A stretch of DNA of 64,000 nucleotides, taken from the NCBI RefSeq assembly GCF_001194135.2, contig NC_068997.1, positions 55,241,995 to 55,305,994 on the forward strand, in the 5' to 3' direction. This stretch comes from Octopus bimaculoides (taxonomy: Eukaryota). The stretch's first letter is position 1. Each line of letters starts with the position of its first letter. A model generated the notes under the pieces. It made no database searches. It was given only the letters and a program-made list of their open reading frames with translations, and was not told where the DNA came from. A program made the translations under genes and the position numbers. Below are positions 26,968 through 40,225 of the stretch, piece by piece.

Positions 26968-28024
26968 CTACACACATATACCTATTATACATATACACAT
27001 GTTCCTTTTTTATATACAAAGAATAGATATTATTTATATGCATGTCACATATATATAATATAATATATACATATATATATGCACACACAAATATATATTA
27101 TGTATAAATTATATAGATGTAATTATATTTATACACACACAATATAAACAGAAGTCGTTGGCGATGAAGTGAAACTATACTAAAAATTGATTACTAGATA
27201 CTAGTCATGCATTTAGCCCAAAACATACACATGCTTAGCTATCTATATCACACACACACACACAAACACATAGATATATAGAGAAAGAGGGATAGATAGA
27301 TAGATAGATAGATAGACATCTACACACATACACACAAGGCTTCTTAAAAACTTCTTCCAAACATTTTCAATGATTTATTTATATTTTCATTCCATTTGTG
27401 ATCTTTCAAGTAAAACCGATAGGTTTTAATATACTTCTTTTATTTCTCACCATTTTGTCCCTTCCATATTCTATTCTAAGTGGAATCTTTTCACTCTAAG
27501 TCTTCTTCCACAACAAGGCACATTTCTCTATAACACATATATTGATAAAAGATTTTGGCAACACCCTATTAATCCTAATTTCATTTTCTCTAGCCACATA
27601 TCATATCTTCAATCATTCACTGCCAACTTTTTTTTTTCACGTTTAATTTCATTTCTTTTTTTTTCCCCTCATTTCTTTTTCTCACTTTTTCCGTATTTCT
27701 AGAAATTCAATTTCAGAAAAATAAAAAGGAAAATATAAAGGAAAAAAATACGGAAATGAATGTACAAAAGGGTGAAGAAAGAGTCCTATATATGCACAGA
27801 CATTAATAATTTAATATGCTGCTGGACTTTGGCTCTCTCCTCAACTGTATTTTATATGTATGCATGCACGCATACACACACACACACATGTGTATGTACA
27901 CATGTATTTATCGTATATGCTGCCATGTATAATGTAGAGATAATATAGAGAGACCTATTGTATATGGAAATATGTACGTTATGTACATTTGATAATATCT
28001 AAGTAAATCATAAATATGAAATCT

Positions 28025-28032
28025 CACTGTGT

Positions 28033-28072
<40 letters not shown>

Positions 28073-28122
28073 GTGTGTGTGCGTGTGTGTGTGGGTGGGT
28101 GTCTGCACATGCAGCACATGTT

Positions 28123-28184
<62 letters not shown>

Positions 28185-28249
28185 NNNNNNNNNNNNNNNN
28201 NNNNNNNNNNNNNNNNNNNNNNNNNNNNNNNNNNNNNNNNNNNNNNNNG

Positions 28250-28299
<50 letters not shown>

Positions 28300-28345
28300 T
28301 AGATAGATAGATAGATAGATAGATATAGATACATACATACATATC
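28025..28345. repeat. Compound (GT)n-(TA)n-gap-(GA)n-(GATA)n microsatellite
   Basis: Directly visible. Confidence 0.95.
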
Positions 28346-28699
28346 TAAAGTTACTCTATCCAGATTACAAGTACAGGTTTACACCTGTAATTATTGGGGC
28401 TCTGGGATATGTAATACACTGCCTAAATACCAATCTTGAGAAGTTAGGCTTCTCAAAACCAGAAAGGAGAAAACTAATTTTCAAAGACTACATGTCCAAT
28501 CCATCACTGGAACGGTAAAAACGTGTAAAGCTTTCCAGAAGTTTATCATTTAAGTATATATGAACATATCAAGATATGCAACTATATGCATGAGAATACA
28601 TACATAAAACATACGAATTTGCTCATACATACATACATACAATATAGTATTAATATGTATACATGTATGTAAATATACGTAAAGCACTTTTACATTGAT

Positions 28700-28810
28700 T
28701 TTTAACATCCACTTTTCCATGCTTGCATGGGTCTAGTGGAATTCATTGAGGCCAATTTTCTATAGCCACTTGCCCTTTCTGTCAACAACCCTTACTTGTT
28801 TCCAAGCAAG
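28700..28810 (-). mobile_element. RTE-associated 3' repeat (family C)
   Basis: ttttaacatccacttttccatgcttgcatggg is the reverse of the family C tail. Confidence 0.6.
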
Positions 28811-28949
28811 GTGATATTTACCTGTGACCAGACATATTTTCATTGAAGATAGGAAACGAATTCCATCAAATGTATGACAATGACATTCATTTACAACTAC
28901 CATGCAATGTGCAGATGAAGAGGCACACACACACACATATATCTATGAT

Positions 28950-29065
28950 GCATCTTTCAGCTTACTACAGCAAAATCCCTTCAAAAGGTTTTGCTCAGCT
29001 CAGGGCAATAGCAGAAGATATTTGCCTTGGATGTCAACAGACAGAGTGAACCTGGAACCATGTTT
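28950..29065 (-). mobile_element. Degenerate family B SINE head
   Basis: aaggttttgctcagctcagggcaatagcagaagatatttgcc...gaacctggaaccatg is the reverse of the 14400-14500 region. Confidence 0.55.
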
Positions 29066-29142
29066 GTGCCACCAGCCATGTTTGTGCCACCAGCCATGTT
29101 TGTGCCACCAGTCATGTTTGTGCCACCAGTCATGTGTCTGCC
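29058..29142. repeat. 18-bp minisatellite (ccatgtttgtgccaccag), 4 units plus a partial
   Basis: Directly visible. Confidence 0.95.
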
Positions 29143-29374
29143 TACTATTTATCACACACACACACACACTCATGTATAAAATACCAAAGTCTTATGAGTT
29201 GATTTGACAGACAAAAAGTAAATAAAACCTGTTGTATTTGTTTTATGTAGTGTGTGTGTGTATGTGTTTGGGTATAAACATTGTCTTGAGATTATGTGAT
29301 GATTGTAAGAATGTATCAGCATCATTCGAGTGATAATGTTCATTTCCTATCTTCCATGATTAAATATTTCCTAA

Positions 29375-29502
29375 GTTGGAAACAGGTGAAGTTTGGTGAC
29401 AGGAAGGGTATCCAGCCATAGAAAATCTACTTCAACAAACTCGGTCCAACCCATGCAAGCATGGAAAAGTGGAAATTAAAAAATTATGAAGATGATCGTG
29501 AT
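29375..29502 (+). mobile_element. RTE-associated 3' repeat (family C)
   Basis: ggaagggtatccagccatagaaaatc...gtccaacccatgcaagcatggaaaagtgga plus a (GAT)-like tail. Confidence 0.7.
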
Positions 29503-30031
29503 TACATATATTATGTGTGTGTGAGTGTGTGTGCGCGCATGTGCGGGTGTATGTATATATGTGTGTGTATTTGTGTATATGTGCGTGTGTTGTGTAGGAA
29601 CACATAAATATGCACACACATGTATATATAGATATATATATACTCTATATGTATTATAGAAATTGCATAACTAAATACGTACTAAAATTTTACAGTAAGT
29701 TGGCTATGAAGTGTATTTCATTAAATTAATCATAAAAAATACATCAGTCAAGAGAAAAACCATGAATAAAATCATTTGAAATTTATTGATACCTAATGTT
29801 ATTTTCCTGTTGCAGCAATTGAAAAGGTAGTCATTTAGTTATAAATAAATAAATTCATATGAATTAAATGGTTTAAGACATAATTTTAATGAGAGACACT
29901 CTTTGATTCCTAAGTACTACCACTTTTGATTTTCTTTAAAACAAACCGAACCAATTTCCAGTTACTGTCATTATTAATTCCCCAGAATTTATTGTGAAGC
30001 TCGTTAATGACGTAATGCTGGTTTCCTATTT

Positions 30032-30232
30032 AGTCACAAGGCCAGCAGTTTCCGGGTGTGGGAGTTAGTTGCTGCCATCAACTTCTGCTTTTTGACTGGT
30101 GCTTTATTTATTCATATCAGCCTCAAGGGATAAACAGTAAAGGGGACATCCACAGAGCATGAAATCAGAATGTAAAGAACACCTGCAAAGTATTTTTTCT
30201 GATTCTGTGATGCTTGTATCAGCTTGCTGCCC
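30032..30232 (-). mobile_element. Old SINE-like family A copy
   Basis: Diverged reverse copy: cacaaggcc..actggtgctttattt..cagaatgtaaaga..cagcttgctgcc. Confidence 0.55.
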
Positions 30233-30509
30233 TCACTGATGTCATTCTGTAAACTAAGAAAACACAAGGAAAAGGGCAATCCTGTTTGTGACCCTTCAAA
30301 GAAATAATTGAGTTTCAAGAAGTAGGAATGAGAAAATATGTAAATTTCAAAAACCGTAGGGATGTTTTGATGATAATAAGGAACCATGCTGTTTCCTGAA
30401 AGTCAATACAACATTTGCAGAATATAGGGAGTCATAATTACTTTTTCATTATAGATTTCTTTGATGTTTCTAGCCCCATCTTCTTTTCTACACAATGACA
30501 TTGTTAGTA

Positions 30510-30672
30510 TGGCAGACAAAATGCTTAGCAGAATTTCTTCTGGCGTTATGTTCTGCGTTCAAATTCCACTGAGGTCAACTTTGCATTTCATCCTTTCAGG
30601 GTCAATAAATTAAGTCCCAGTAATCAACTTAATCTCTCCCTAAAAATTTCAGGCCTTCTGTTTATAGAAAGG
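30510..30672 (+). mobile_element. SINE-like family A copy 1 of a tandem cluster
   Basis: gacaaaatgcttagc..gttcaaattccactgaggtcaactttgcatttcatcctttcagggtcaataaattaag, then (ATT)n. Confidence 0.8.
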
Positions 30673-30683
30673 ACTACTACTAC

Positions 30684-30725
<42 letters not shown>

Positions 30726-30734
30726 GATAGATGA

Positions 30735-30950
30735 TGAGGTGGAGAGCTGACAGAATTGTTAGTACAATGGGAAAAATACTTAGCTGTGTTTCAGCTGTCT
30801 TTAAATTGTGAGTTCAAATTCTGCCAAGGTCAGTTTTATTTTCCATTCTTTCTGAGTCAATAAAACAAAGTACCAGTTGGGTACTGGAGTTGATGTAATT
30901 GATTTTCCCCCTTCCCATGAAATTAGTAGTCTTGTGTCAAACTATAAAGC
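30735..30950 (+). mobile_element. SINE-like family A copy 2 of a tandem cluster
   Basis: gaggtggagagctgacagaattgttag..gagttcaaattctgccaaggtc..aagtaccagttgggtactggag, then (ATT)n. Confidence 0.8.
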
Positions 30951-30956
30951 CATTGT

Positions 30957-30989
<33 letters not shown>

Positions 30990-31180
30990 TAAGGTAGCAA
31001 GCTGGCAGAATCATTAGCATGCTGGACAAAATGCTTTACTGTATCAAAAGCCACTGAGGTCGACTTTGTTTTTCATTTTCACAGAGCTGCTAAAATAATA
31101 CCAGTCATGTACTGAGGTGTATGATTTCAATGTAACCCTTCCCTTAAAATTGGAGACTTTGTGCCAAAATTTTAAACCAT
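30990..31180 (+). mobile_element. SINE-like family A copy 3 of a tandem cluster
   Basis: aaggtagcaagctggcagaatcattagcatgctggacaaaatgc..gaggtcgactttg, then (ATT)n. Confidence 0.8.
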
Positions 31181-32850
31181 CATTATTATTATTATCATTA
31201 TTATTATTATTATTATTATTGTTATTATGTCAAAGCTTCCTTGCAACCACAGCCCCACTGCAAACATATATGTTTTTGCTTCATTTTAATATTCTCATCT
31301 AGGCAAGCTTTGATATTCAGTCTTGCAGGCACGTTTATAATCAATGTGAACTCATCTCTACCTTTACATTTCTGCTCATAACCAAAACAGGCAATAGCAA
31401 TTTTAATCCTTTTTTTTTAACCTTCTGATAATCTTCTACTCTTAGTTGTGTCATGTACCATTACATTTCATACAATACATCAGACAAGGAGGTTTTTGCA
31501 CACAAAAATGGCTTCAGCACCAACAAGTGTAGAAATATATTGGAAATAAACCAGCCATTAGGATCTTGAGGAATTAGAATGGAAGTTGAATATGTACTAA
31601 TTAGATTGCCACGATAGTTGATTGTGTGTTTTAAGAGAAAATAAATAGGATTTAGGGGAACCAGCTGCTGTGTATGAGGGAAATGGCTGCATTGTGGTTG
31701 TCATAGAAGGAGAATAAATTATGTAAGCAAGGAAAGCTACAGTATTTGTTGGTTAATGTTTGGTGACACAAAACTGAATGAACGAAGGCAAAATAGTGCA
31801 GATGTTCTTTCAGAATAGTTTAAACTTAGTATAAAGAATTGTGAAGTAAAAATATATTGGTTTGAAAGATTACATGAAATATATTGTTATGAGAGAAATT
31901 ACTAAATATTATTATCAGAAGTTAACTCTGTATTGAAAAGAAGTTATGAAACAAATAATTACTGCAATGAAACAGAGTAAGAAATAGACGTCAGTAAAAA
32001 TAGTAACAATACAGTTAAATACAGTTCTGTGTAGCATTCCAGAAAGTTGAACTTTATAGAAAATATCTATAAATTAAACTGTGCTTGTTTGGACAAAAGA
32101 AACCTATCTCTTAATAATAGTAACCGCTCCTTGTTGTAATTTCACAACAATTGAATAAATTACAAACATTGAAATGTGCTCCTGATAATGGTCTACACTG
32201 CAAGAAACATCCTACAGATAAGAATGGCTAATATTAAGTTACATAACAATTTTACCAAACAGTTACATATGCAGAAAAATATTAATGTTTGAAGTATTTT
32301 TATATAATTCCAAGATATTTTGTTCAAATTAGCAGAGAGAACCGGCAGTAGAATAGAATTTTCAGGAAGACATTTTTTTAAGAAATTGATTTTTGGTTTG
32401 ATTTCTGAAGCATAAATATAACTGTGAACTTTGCAATGATAAAGAGAAAGAAAACTGAAAAAAATGTGTATATTTGCTATAAACAGTAAAGAGTGGCAGG
32501 CTTTAAGCTCTTAACACCAATAAAACTATTTTCTGTTGAATATTTTGTATTAGGTTCCTTGAAAAGTTACGTTTGTGTGAAAGAAAAGTAAATTTACTGG
32601 GTGTTGTTGTAGTTAGATGAAGGATGTAGTGAAAGAAATCTATATAATTCCATTTCAGATATTTAAGAAGGAAACAGAAAGTAAACTGTTTTTGATTGCT
32701 TAGCAAGACTTCTATTTTCACTAAACAGGTCAAAGTTAAGTATTGCTTAAAGTCTTTCTATCCTTAGATCTATAATTCAAACATTTTGTTGTTAAATAAA
32801 TCCAAATTAAAATCTGTTATCCAAATTTCATTTAAGTTTATGTTTTAATC

Positions 32851-33048
32851 AAAGTGGCAAGTTGGCAGAATCATGAGCATACCAGACAAAATGCTTTCCA
32901 GTATTTATTCCAGCTTGATATTCTGAGTTCAAATTCTGCTGAGGTCAACTTTGCTTTTCATTCTCTCAAGGTTCAGAAAATAAGTACGAGTTGAATGCTG
33001 GGGTTGATTTGGTTGACAAGGTTTCAGAATTTGTGCCTATAGTTGAAA
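32851..33048 (+). mobile_element. SINE-like family A copy
   Basis: tggcagaatcatgagc..gagttcaaattctgctgaggtcaactttgcttttcattc. Confidence 0.8.
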
Positions 33049-33074
33049 CAGATTTGTTCCAGAAACTGAATAAA

Positions 33075-33292
33075 TAATCATTTCTACTATAGGTACAAGG
33101 CCTGAAGTTTGTGTGGAGGGACTGAGTCACTTGTATTAACCCTAGTACTCAACCGGTACTTAATTTATCAACCCTGAAAGGATAAAAGGCAAAGTCGGCC
33201 TCAGCTGAATTTGAACTCAACATAGTGATGGGCAAAACACCACTAAGCATGTTGTCCAGCGTGCTAATGATTCTGCCAGCTCGCTGCCTTCA
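33075..33292 (-). mobile_element. SINE-like family A copy
   Basis: Reverse complement of the family consensus over its full length. Confidence 0.85.
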
Positions 33293-33484
33293 GAAAAATG
33301 AATTAATAATGACAAAGCTTTCTTTTTTAACAAAATTCTTCAGTGTTTTCAAAATTAATTGAAACAAAGACAGTGTATTTCAAAAGAAATGTGGTAAAAG
33401 AAGGGTTAAGCCAAGTTTTAACTGAGAAAGATGCCTGGATTTGGCTAATATTTTTGTTTCCCAACAATATCTGATTAATAAATA

Positions 33485-33574
33485 TTGAAGCCTGGTGCAG
33501 TCTCCAACCTGGTCAAACCGTCCAACCCATGCCAGCATGGAAAGCGGACGTTAAAAGATGATGTTGATGATGAT
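33485..33574 (+). mobile_element. RTE-associated 3' repeat (family C)
   Basis: gcctggtgcag..tcaaaccgtccaacccatgccagcatggaaagcggacgttaaaagatgatg. Confidence 0.8.
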
Positions 33575-36231
33575 TTAAATAAGTTCCAAGTGTATTAAAA
33601 CAATGAAAATAATTGTTGTATTTTGGAGGCGTATTTTTCTTAGAACTTGGTATTCTAGATACTTCATGCAGCCAGGAAGATCAAAGAAAATGATATTTTT
33701 AAAGAGTTACTTGAAACATAAGTGTAGAATTTCCTGCTCTGCCTTTGAGTTGCTATGTTAGAACAGATGATACTCTTTGGAGACACCTTATCGAATTAAT
33801 AAAATCTATTTTAAAATTATGCTTATTTTATCTACACATTGAAAAGTCAGTCTAATAACTTTTATAATGATTTCAAAGACATTTTGAAAGAGATGCAGGT
33901 GTGTATGTGTGTGTGTTTGTGTGAAGATAATCGATTGAAATAACTGTAGAATAATTGAATTTAATTCACTTTGCTTTTTTATTCTTTCAAGTACAAAACA
34001 TAACACTGATCCATGATCTAACGAAGCTCAAAGAAACAAACATGGGAAATCAACTTAAATAGACAGATAGATATAGGTGGATGGAGGGATAGATAAGTTA
34101 ACTAGATGGACAGATGGAAGACAGACAGTCAGGTAGGTTGACAGACAGACAGGTAGATAGGTAGACAGATATATTGCTGGATGTGCATGAGTACATTTCT
34201 TCATATTTACAGTTTTCTATGAATCGCTAACCTACAGGGTGGTCGCTAGAAATAGCAGAAAATTCACGAAATGCTAATTTATGTTTTCACAAGATCTATC
34301 TGAGGTAAACAATAAGCCTGATAGCTGTTTCTTCCTTCCACAGCTTTCTTTCATGATTTGGGAGTTCACTCAAAAGCAAATGTTATGATTACACACTCAT
34401 TCGATAAAAGAAACAATGAATCAGAAACCACCTTTCACACCATTTATTGATGATCTAATTAATGCTTGTTAGTCTTGCCTTCAAATTGTCCCTGTACAAA
34501 TGGTGATGCTATTGCCATTTCCCTTGTCAACAAATCCTCTGCTGGTTTTGTGCCTTTGAAGACATGTGGAATAAAACAAAGTCTGCTTAAAAGAAAATGA
34601 AAAAAAAAAAAAACAGGCAAGTGTTCAGGACAGGAAAGGCATCTGGCTGCAAAACAAATTAATTCTTTAATAATGTATTCATCTAACCCACACCAGCAAA
34701 GAAAACAGTCATGAAAGCAAAAGTTCACACACACTCTCAATTTATTTTATATAATATTATATATCTATATCTATACAGTCACACACACACACAACACATA
34801 CAAACATATCATTAACCGTCTCCATTAGTAGTACTGTAATATTTGCACTAATTCCCTCACTGTGATTCCAATCGTTATGTTGGCGATTAAAAACAATTAG
34901 AAATGAAAAGAATATCTCATGATAATGTATCTTATTTATCACATTAATTTCAATTGTAATAATTTTACCAGACTGGCCAGCTGTCAAAGTTAATTGCCAA
35001 TCAAGATATTTCAAACAATGATACAAGTCTGCTATTTGAGTGTTATAGTTTCACTGTAAGCAAGAAACAACCGCACTCTGTTATTCTCTTGGTCTGTTGA
35101 AAGATGTTGCAGTGAAGAGAGATGTTCCAGTACTATGAAACTTTCATAGTATTTTAACTCCAGTTCCTGTAATGCATAGCCAGGGTGTTGACAATAGAGA
35201 ACAGCTGTGAAAACAGCAGAAACAGACGTGGTGGTGGTGGTGGTGGTGGAAGGAGGAAGAGGAGGAGAAGAAGAAGAAAAAGAGGAAGAAGAAGAAGAGC
35301 TTTCCACCTTGTGTTTAGATGATTCTAACTTAAGATTTTGGAACTCTTATAAGAAAGTCACTGGGAAGAGATAAAAAAAAAAGAAAAAAAATCACATGGT
35401 TACAAAAATAAAACACAAAAATATGTTCCTTCTTGTGATTAAAAAAAAGTAGAAGGTGAGATGGATTTCATATGAATAATCTGTTCACTTTGCTTAATGG
35501 ACCAGAAAGTAGTACAAACCATAAACAGCTGTTTTATATATATACATATGCATGCATACACATACACACGTATATATGTACACAGACACACACACACACA
35601 CACACACACATGTATATATTTCACAATATTTTTCTCCTCTAAAAGCCACAGGGCTTGGAGTCATAGAGAAACATACTGACTCTTCATTCAGAAATTCATC
35701 TTAAAAGTCTTTTTCAAAAACTGTAAGCCTAAGATAAAATAAAACAAAATGTAACACTAACAGTGCAAGAAAAACAAACAAAAATAATGTGAAAATGTTG
35801 AAGGAGATTTACAAGCTGGCACTCTGAGAACATTTCTATATTTCCAATATGCCATATATGAAATGTTTATACATGTAAAAATTTACATCAATTTATAATC
35901 ATGTCAGTTAAGGAATAGAGTTACAGCCAGACTACAATAAACATAGCCATATTAAAAAAAATATATGCTCGTATAAACATTATGAGTTACAACCTACACG
36001 TACACATATACATACATTTGTAAATGTATCAACAGAAGCTTGACTACAAATATACATATATATATGTATTTACATATAAACACACACTCATATATATACA
36101 CAGATACAAACATGTACATATTTACATATATAATTTTTTATATATGCACACACATACTCATACATATATATGTATATATATATTTTGTTATATATTTACA
36201 TATTCAATTTTTTATATATAACACACACACA

Positions 36232-36265
<34 letters not shown>

Positions 36266-36689
36266 CATATTTATTTATATAAATTTACATATAAACACAC
36301 ACACATACATACAGGCACACACATACATACATCAAGGTGTCTAAATTAAGACATCTCTACAAACTTTAGTAAACAAACATGTGTGCTGCAACTAAGCAAA
36401 CATCCCTCTATAAAAACAAATTTCTTTGTAATGTGTTAGTCTTGATAAATTTGCATTGAAACTTACATGGATACATAAGCTGGTGCTCAGCAGATCAAAG
36501 TGAATAATTATGCAAATATTAAACAGATACATTTTAACGAGGTGTCACTTATTTTCTCTTTGCTGAACAGGGATTTTGTGGCAGGAGAGACAGGGTTTAA
36601 CAAATATTTTAGAGTTGAAATAATGAAAAGAATTTGAGAATTTAGGTTTCAATTAAAAAACCGTTTAAGTGTTAGAATCTCTTTCTCTA

Positions 36690-37005
36690 TCAGTCAGTCT
36701 ATCTATCTATCTATCTATCTATCTGTCTGTCTGTTTGTCTGCCAATCTATTTGTTTATCTACCTGTTTATTTTTTTATCTACCTAGTTACCAGCCTGTCT
36801 GCTTATCTATCTATCTATCTATCTATCTATCTCTGTTGCTATCTATGTACCTATCTACCTCCCTCTCTCTCACTTTCTTCCCCCTTTCTCTCTATCTCTC
36901 TCATTTTCTCCCCCTCTATCTATCTATCTATCTATCTATATATCTATCTATCCATCCCCCTATCTATCCATCTATTGTCTTTCTATCTATCTTTCTATCA
37001 ACGAT
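36690..37005. repeat. (TATC)n/(TC)n microsatellite
   Basis: Directly visible. Confidence 0.9.
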
Positions 37006-38499
37006 AAATTCAATTCTAAAATGATCAAGACTGTTAGATATTTGAAGATGATGTGATTGAGCAAATAAAATCTACTTTTAAATACATCTACATTACAAAA
37101 CTGCATTTATGATTAAAAAAAATAAAATATTGTGAAACGTTCTCCATATTTATTTCTTAAATCTTTTCTGATAACAGGAAATAGCAAACTCACAAAAAGA
37201 GAAGAAAAAAAAAAAAAAGCTCAACAAACTTTTCAGTCTTTCATATTTAGCAGAACACATGAAAACACACATACATGTATATGTGGGCATATGTACACAT
37301 GTAAATACATGGGGGTGTTATGCATACATGTGAATGTATGAACATATGTAATTGTATATGCGTGGTGTGGATGTATCGGTACATGGAAATACATATAAAC
37401 TGCATAAACAGATGTATGTTTGGCTTGGCTGTATGAATGTGTGTAAATACATGCATATACACAAGCATATACACAAGCATATACACAAGCACATATGAGT
37501 GGCTGCATGATTCTTACAATAGGGATTCATCAGACATAAAATGGTGCTGGAAATTGGTTTAAAAAGGTAAGATTTAACTCTTGGAATTATGAAGCTGAAG
37601 TAGAACATAACCACAAGACCACTGCTTCCCTTCTCTAGGTATGTATATATATGCATGTATGTATATATATGCATGTATGCATGTTTGTATGTATGTTTTT
37701 GTGTGTGCATGTTGGTTTTTGTATGTGTTTGTGTGATTCCATTTGACTATCAGCATGCCCGTAAGTGTGATAAATGTATTTTGGTAATTCCTGAAGGGCT
37801 TGCTTTATGATATATACATATGTGTGTGTGTACCTAAGTATATATACATGTGGATATATTATGTGATGTGTACGTATAATTGGATATATAATGTAGCATA
37901 CATTTGCATGTGCTGATGTGTTATATTATGTCTTTGTGTATGTGTTTATGTTAAGTAACATTCATGTGTGAAATTAATTATATTAAGTTACATTTAATTC
38001 TATGTGTGGTAACATTATGAAAAATATGTGCTTTTGTGTAAGTATATTATATGACGTGTGTGTGTGTGTAGCACGGTGCATATTTTGTCATTCGTTAGTC
38101 GGCAAAGAGTTTATGTATATACAAAGGCTTGCTTATTGCATAGCTTATATCATGATACACCTAAATGGAAATGCATTTTAATGTCACTTCATAATCTAGC
38201 TGTAAGTTTAGCTTGATTGCATTTGGTAAATTTCTAATAGAAAAAGTCTATTAGCATGGTTTTGTTTTCTTCTTTTTCTTTATAATTCCCTTATCTAAAA
38301 TATGATTTTGAGAATATGTAATATTTATCATATTTTTTTAAAGAAAATATCAAATTTTACATAAATAATTAATTATCAGAAAATACTTTCAGAAGCTTAA
38401 TTTTAATGCACGAAAAATAGTTTTGAAGTTTATACACAAAAGTAATATATCAGGTAATTTAAAATAGGCCTAAAATAAAGCTTCTATGTGAATAAGTAA

Positions 38500-38690
38500 C
38501 TCGCTAGAAACAGCTGCCAAATCTGTTATAAATCATACTCACTGTCATGAAATTAGGAAAGACACACAAGATGGCACAGTCTTAGATACACTATAACTGT
38601 ATATGAGAAAGGAGAGTCATGAATGGATTGTATGTTAGGATATGTCTCTTTACTTCAGAGCAAGCTGACTAGAAGAACAACAAGAACAGT
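38500..38690 (+). mobile_element. Interspersed repeat family E, diverged
   Basis: gctagaaacagctgccaaatct..cttagatacactat.. Confidence 0.5.
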
Positions 38691-39524
38691 ATACTTCATG
38701 AAGAAAAGAGTTGAAACGTTTTTGGATGAATTACTATAATAAAAAATGAAATATAGCTCAGCCATTCACTGGTGTGACACTGTCCAATAAAGTAGGAAAA
38801 CTATGATGTTGTGCAACAATGATCTTAAATGAGCTCTCCGAAATATCTATTTGTCCCTTGACAAGATACAACAGACCATCCCTACAAAAGCACCATAAAA
38901 AGAATTCATATGAATTGAACATAAAACTGTCCATAAGGTTGATTATGAACAATGGAATTAGGCTTGCAACCAAGCCACTGGCACTAGAGTACATACAAAA
39001 GAAATAACATCGAGTGTTTTTATTAGCAAGTCTCAAGTAGCCATAACTCATTACAAACAATGCTATTTGGAAACTACTGTCTTTTTGATAAGCCAGAGAA
39101 GCTCACAATAAAGCTAAGCTTTATCTAGGTGCTTAAAAAATAGACTAGTGGTTAAGGTGCTTTGTATATTCATATCTTTTATACACATGTACAATTAATG
39201 ATGTATGCGATATTATTGGCATGCCATGCATGTTCATACATCTATAAACACACTCTTTCTCCCTCTGTCTGTTTGCATCTCTCCATCACTCGGACTCTAT
39301 TTCAAGTAATCCTTGATTTATTGCTACTAAAATCATATTGTTAACTCCATCAGAAGAACTGGTAAAAATATAAATATGCAAAACCAGTGACAGCAACACA
39401 TAGTGATAGGAAAAGTCTTAGTTTATGACAGTACCTGCTGACAACTATTATCTCCTTTTCCACTTGGTTTGTTATGAAACATCACTGAAGCTAAAGAAGC
39501 AGGATTATCAAAAACCCATTTGCA

Positions 39525-39575
<51 letters not shown>

Positions 39576-39618
39576 GTCAGTAAATAGTGGGGTTGTGTTA
39601 ACCGCACGTGGAGAAATA

Positions 39619-40225
39619 ATAGGAAAATGAAAAATAATAATAAGGCAGAATGCTAAACTGGAAACATATTTTAATAAAGATTTCTCTAACCGACTTTCAT
39701 TGCGAAGCAAATTTTCAAGAACAGGGAGAATGAAAATGTTTTTTACAAAGAAGTACAAAATGAAGGAAATAATATATAAAAAAAATAATATATAAAAAAA
39801 AAATATACCAATACATTATATTGTCTTTGAGCTTCTGAAGTTCAATGGTAATCCATGTATATAATGGTTGGAAAAATAAGGATGCATGAGAATTGAGAGT
39901 TGTGTTAGGTTTTAAAAAAGGGTTAAAAGTTTGTGTTAAGCAGGAAGTGTGGTGTCAAAAAAGGAAGTGTGTGTAAGGGGAGACAAATGTTTTTAGTTGG
40001 AGTTATGAACTCTTTTTTCAACAGGAAGTTTATGTCTGTTCATAACTCCAACTAAAAACATTGTTTTTTTATATATTATTTTCTTAATTTTGTACTTCTT
40101 TGTAAAAAAACATTTTCATTCTCCCTCTTCTTGAAAATTTGCTATTCAATAAAAGCCGGTTAGAAATCTTTATTAAAATATGTTTCCAGTTTAGCATTCT
40201 GCCTTATTATTATTTTTCATTTTCC

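Noticed and set aside
29058-29142. PCLCHQ repeats as a Cys/His-rich peptide
   Set aside because: Translation of a minisatellite embedded in a SINE relic, with no exon context.
38758-39060. 100-aa minus-strand ORF with an internal acceptor-like site
   Set aside because: No recognisable domain or donor; AT-rich composition.
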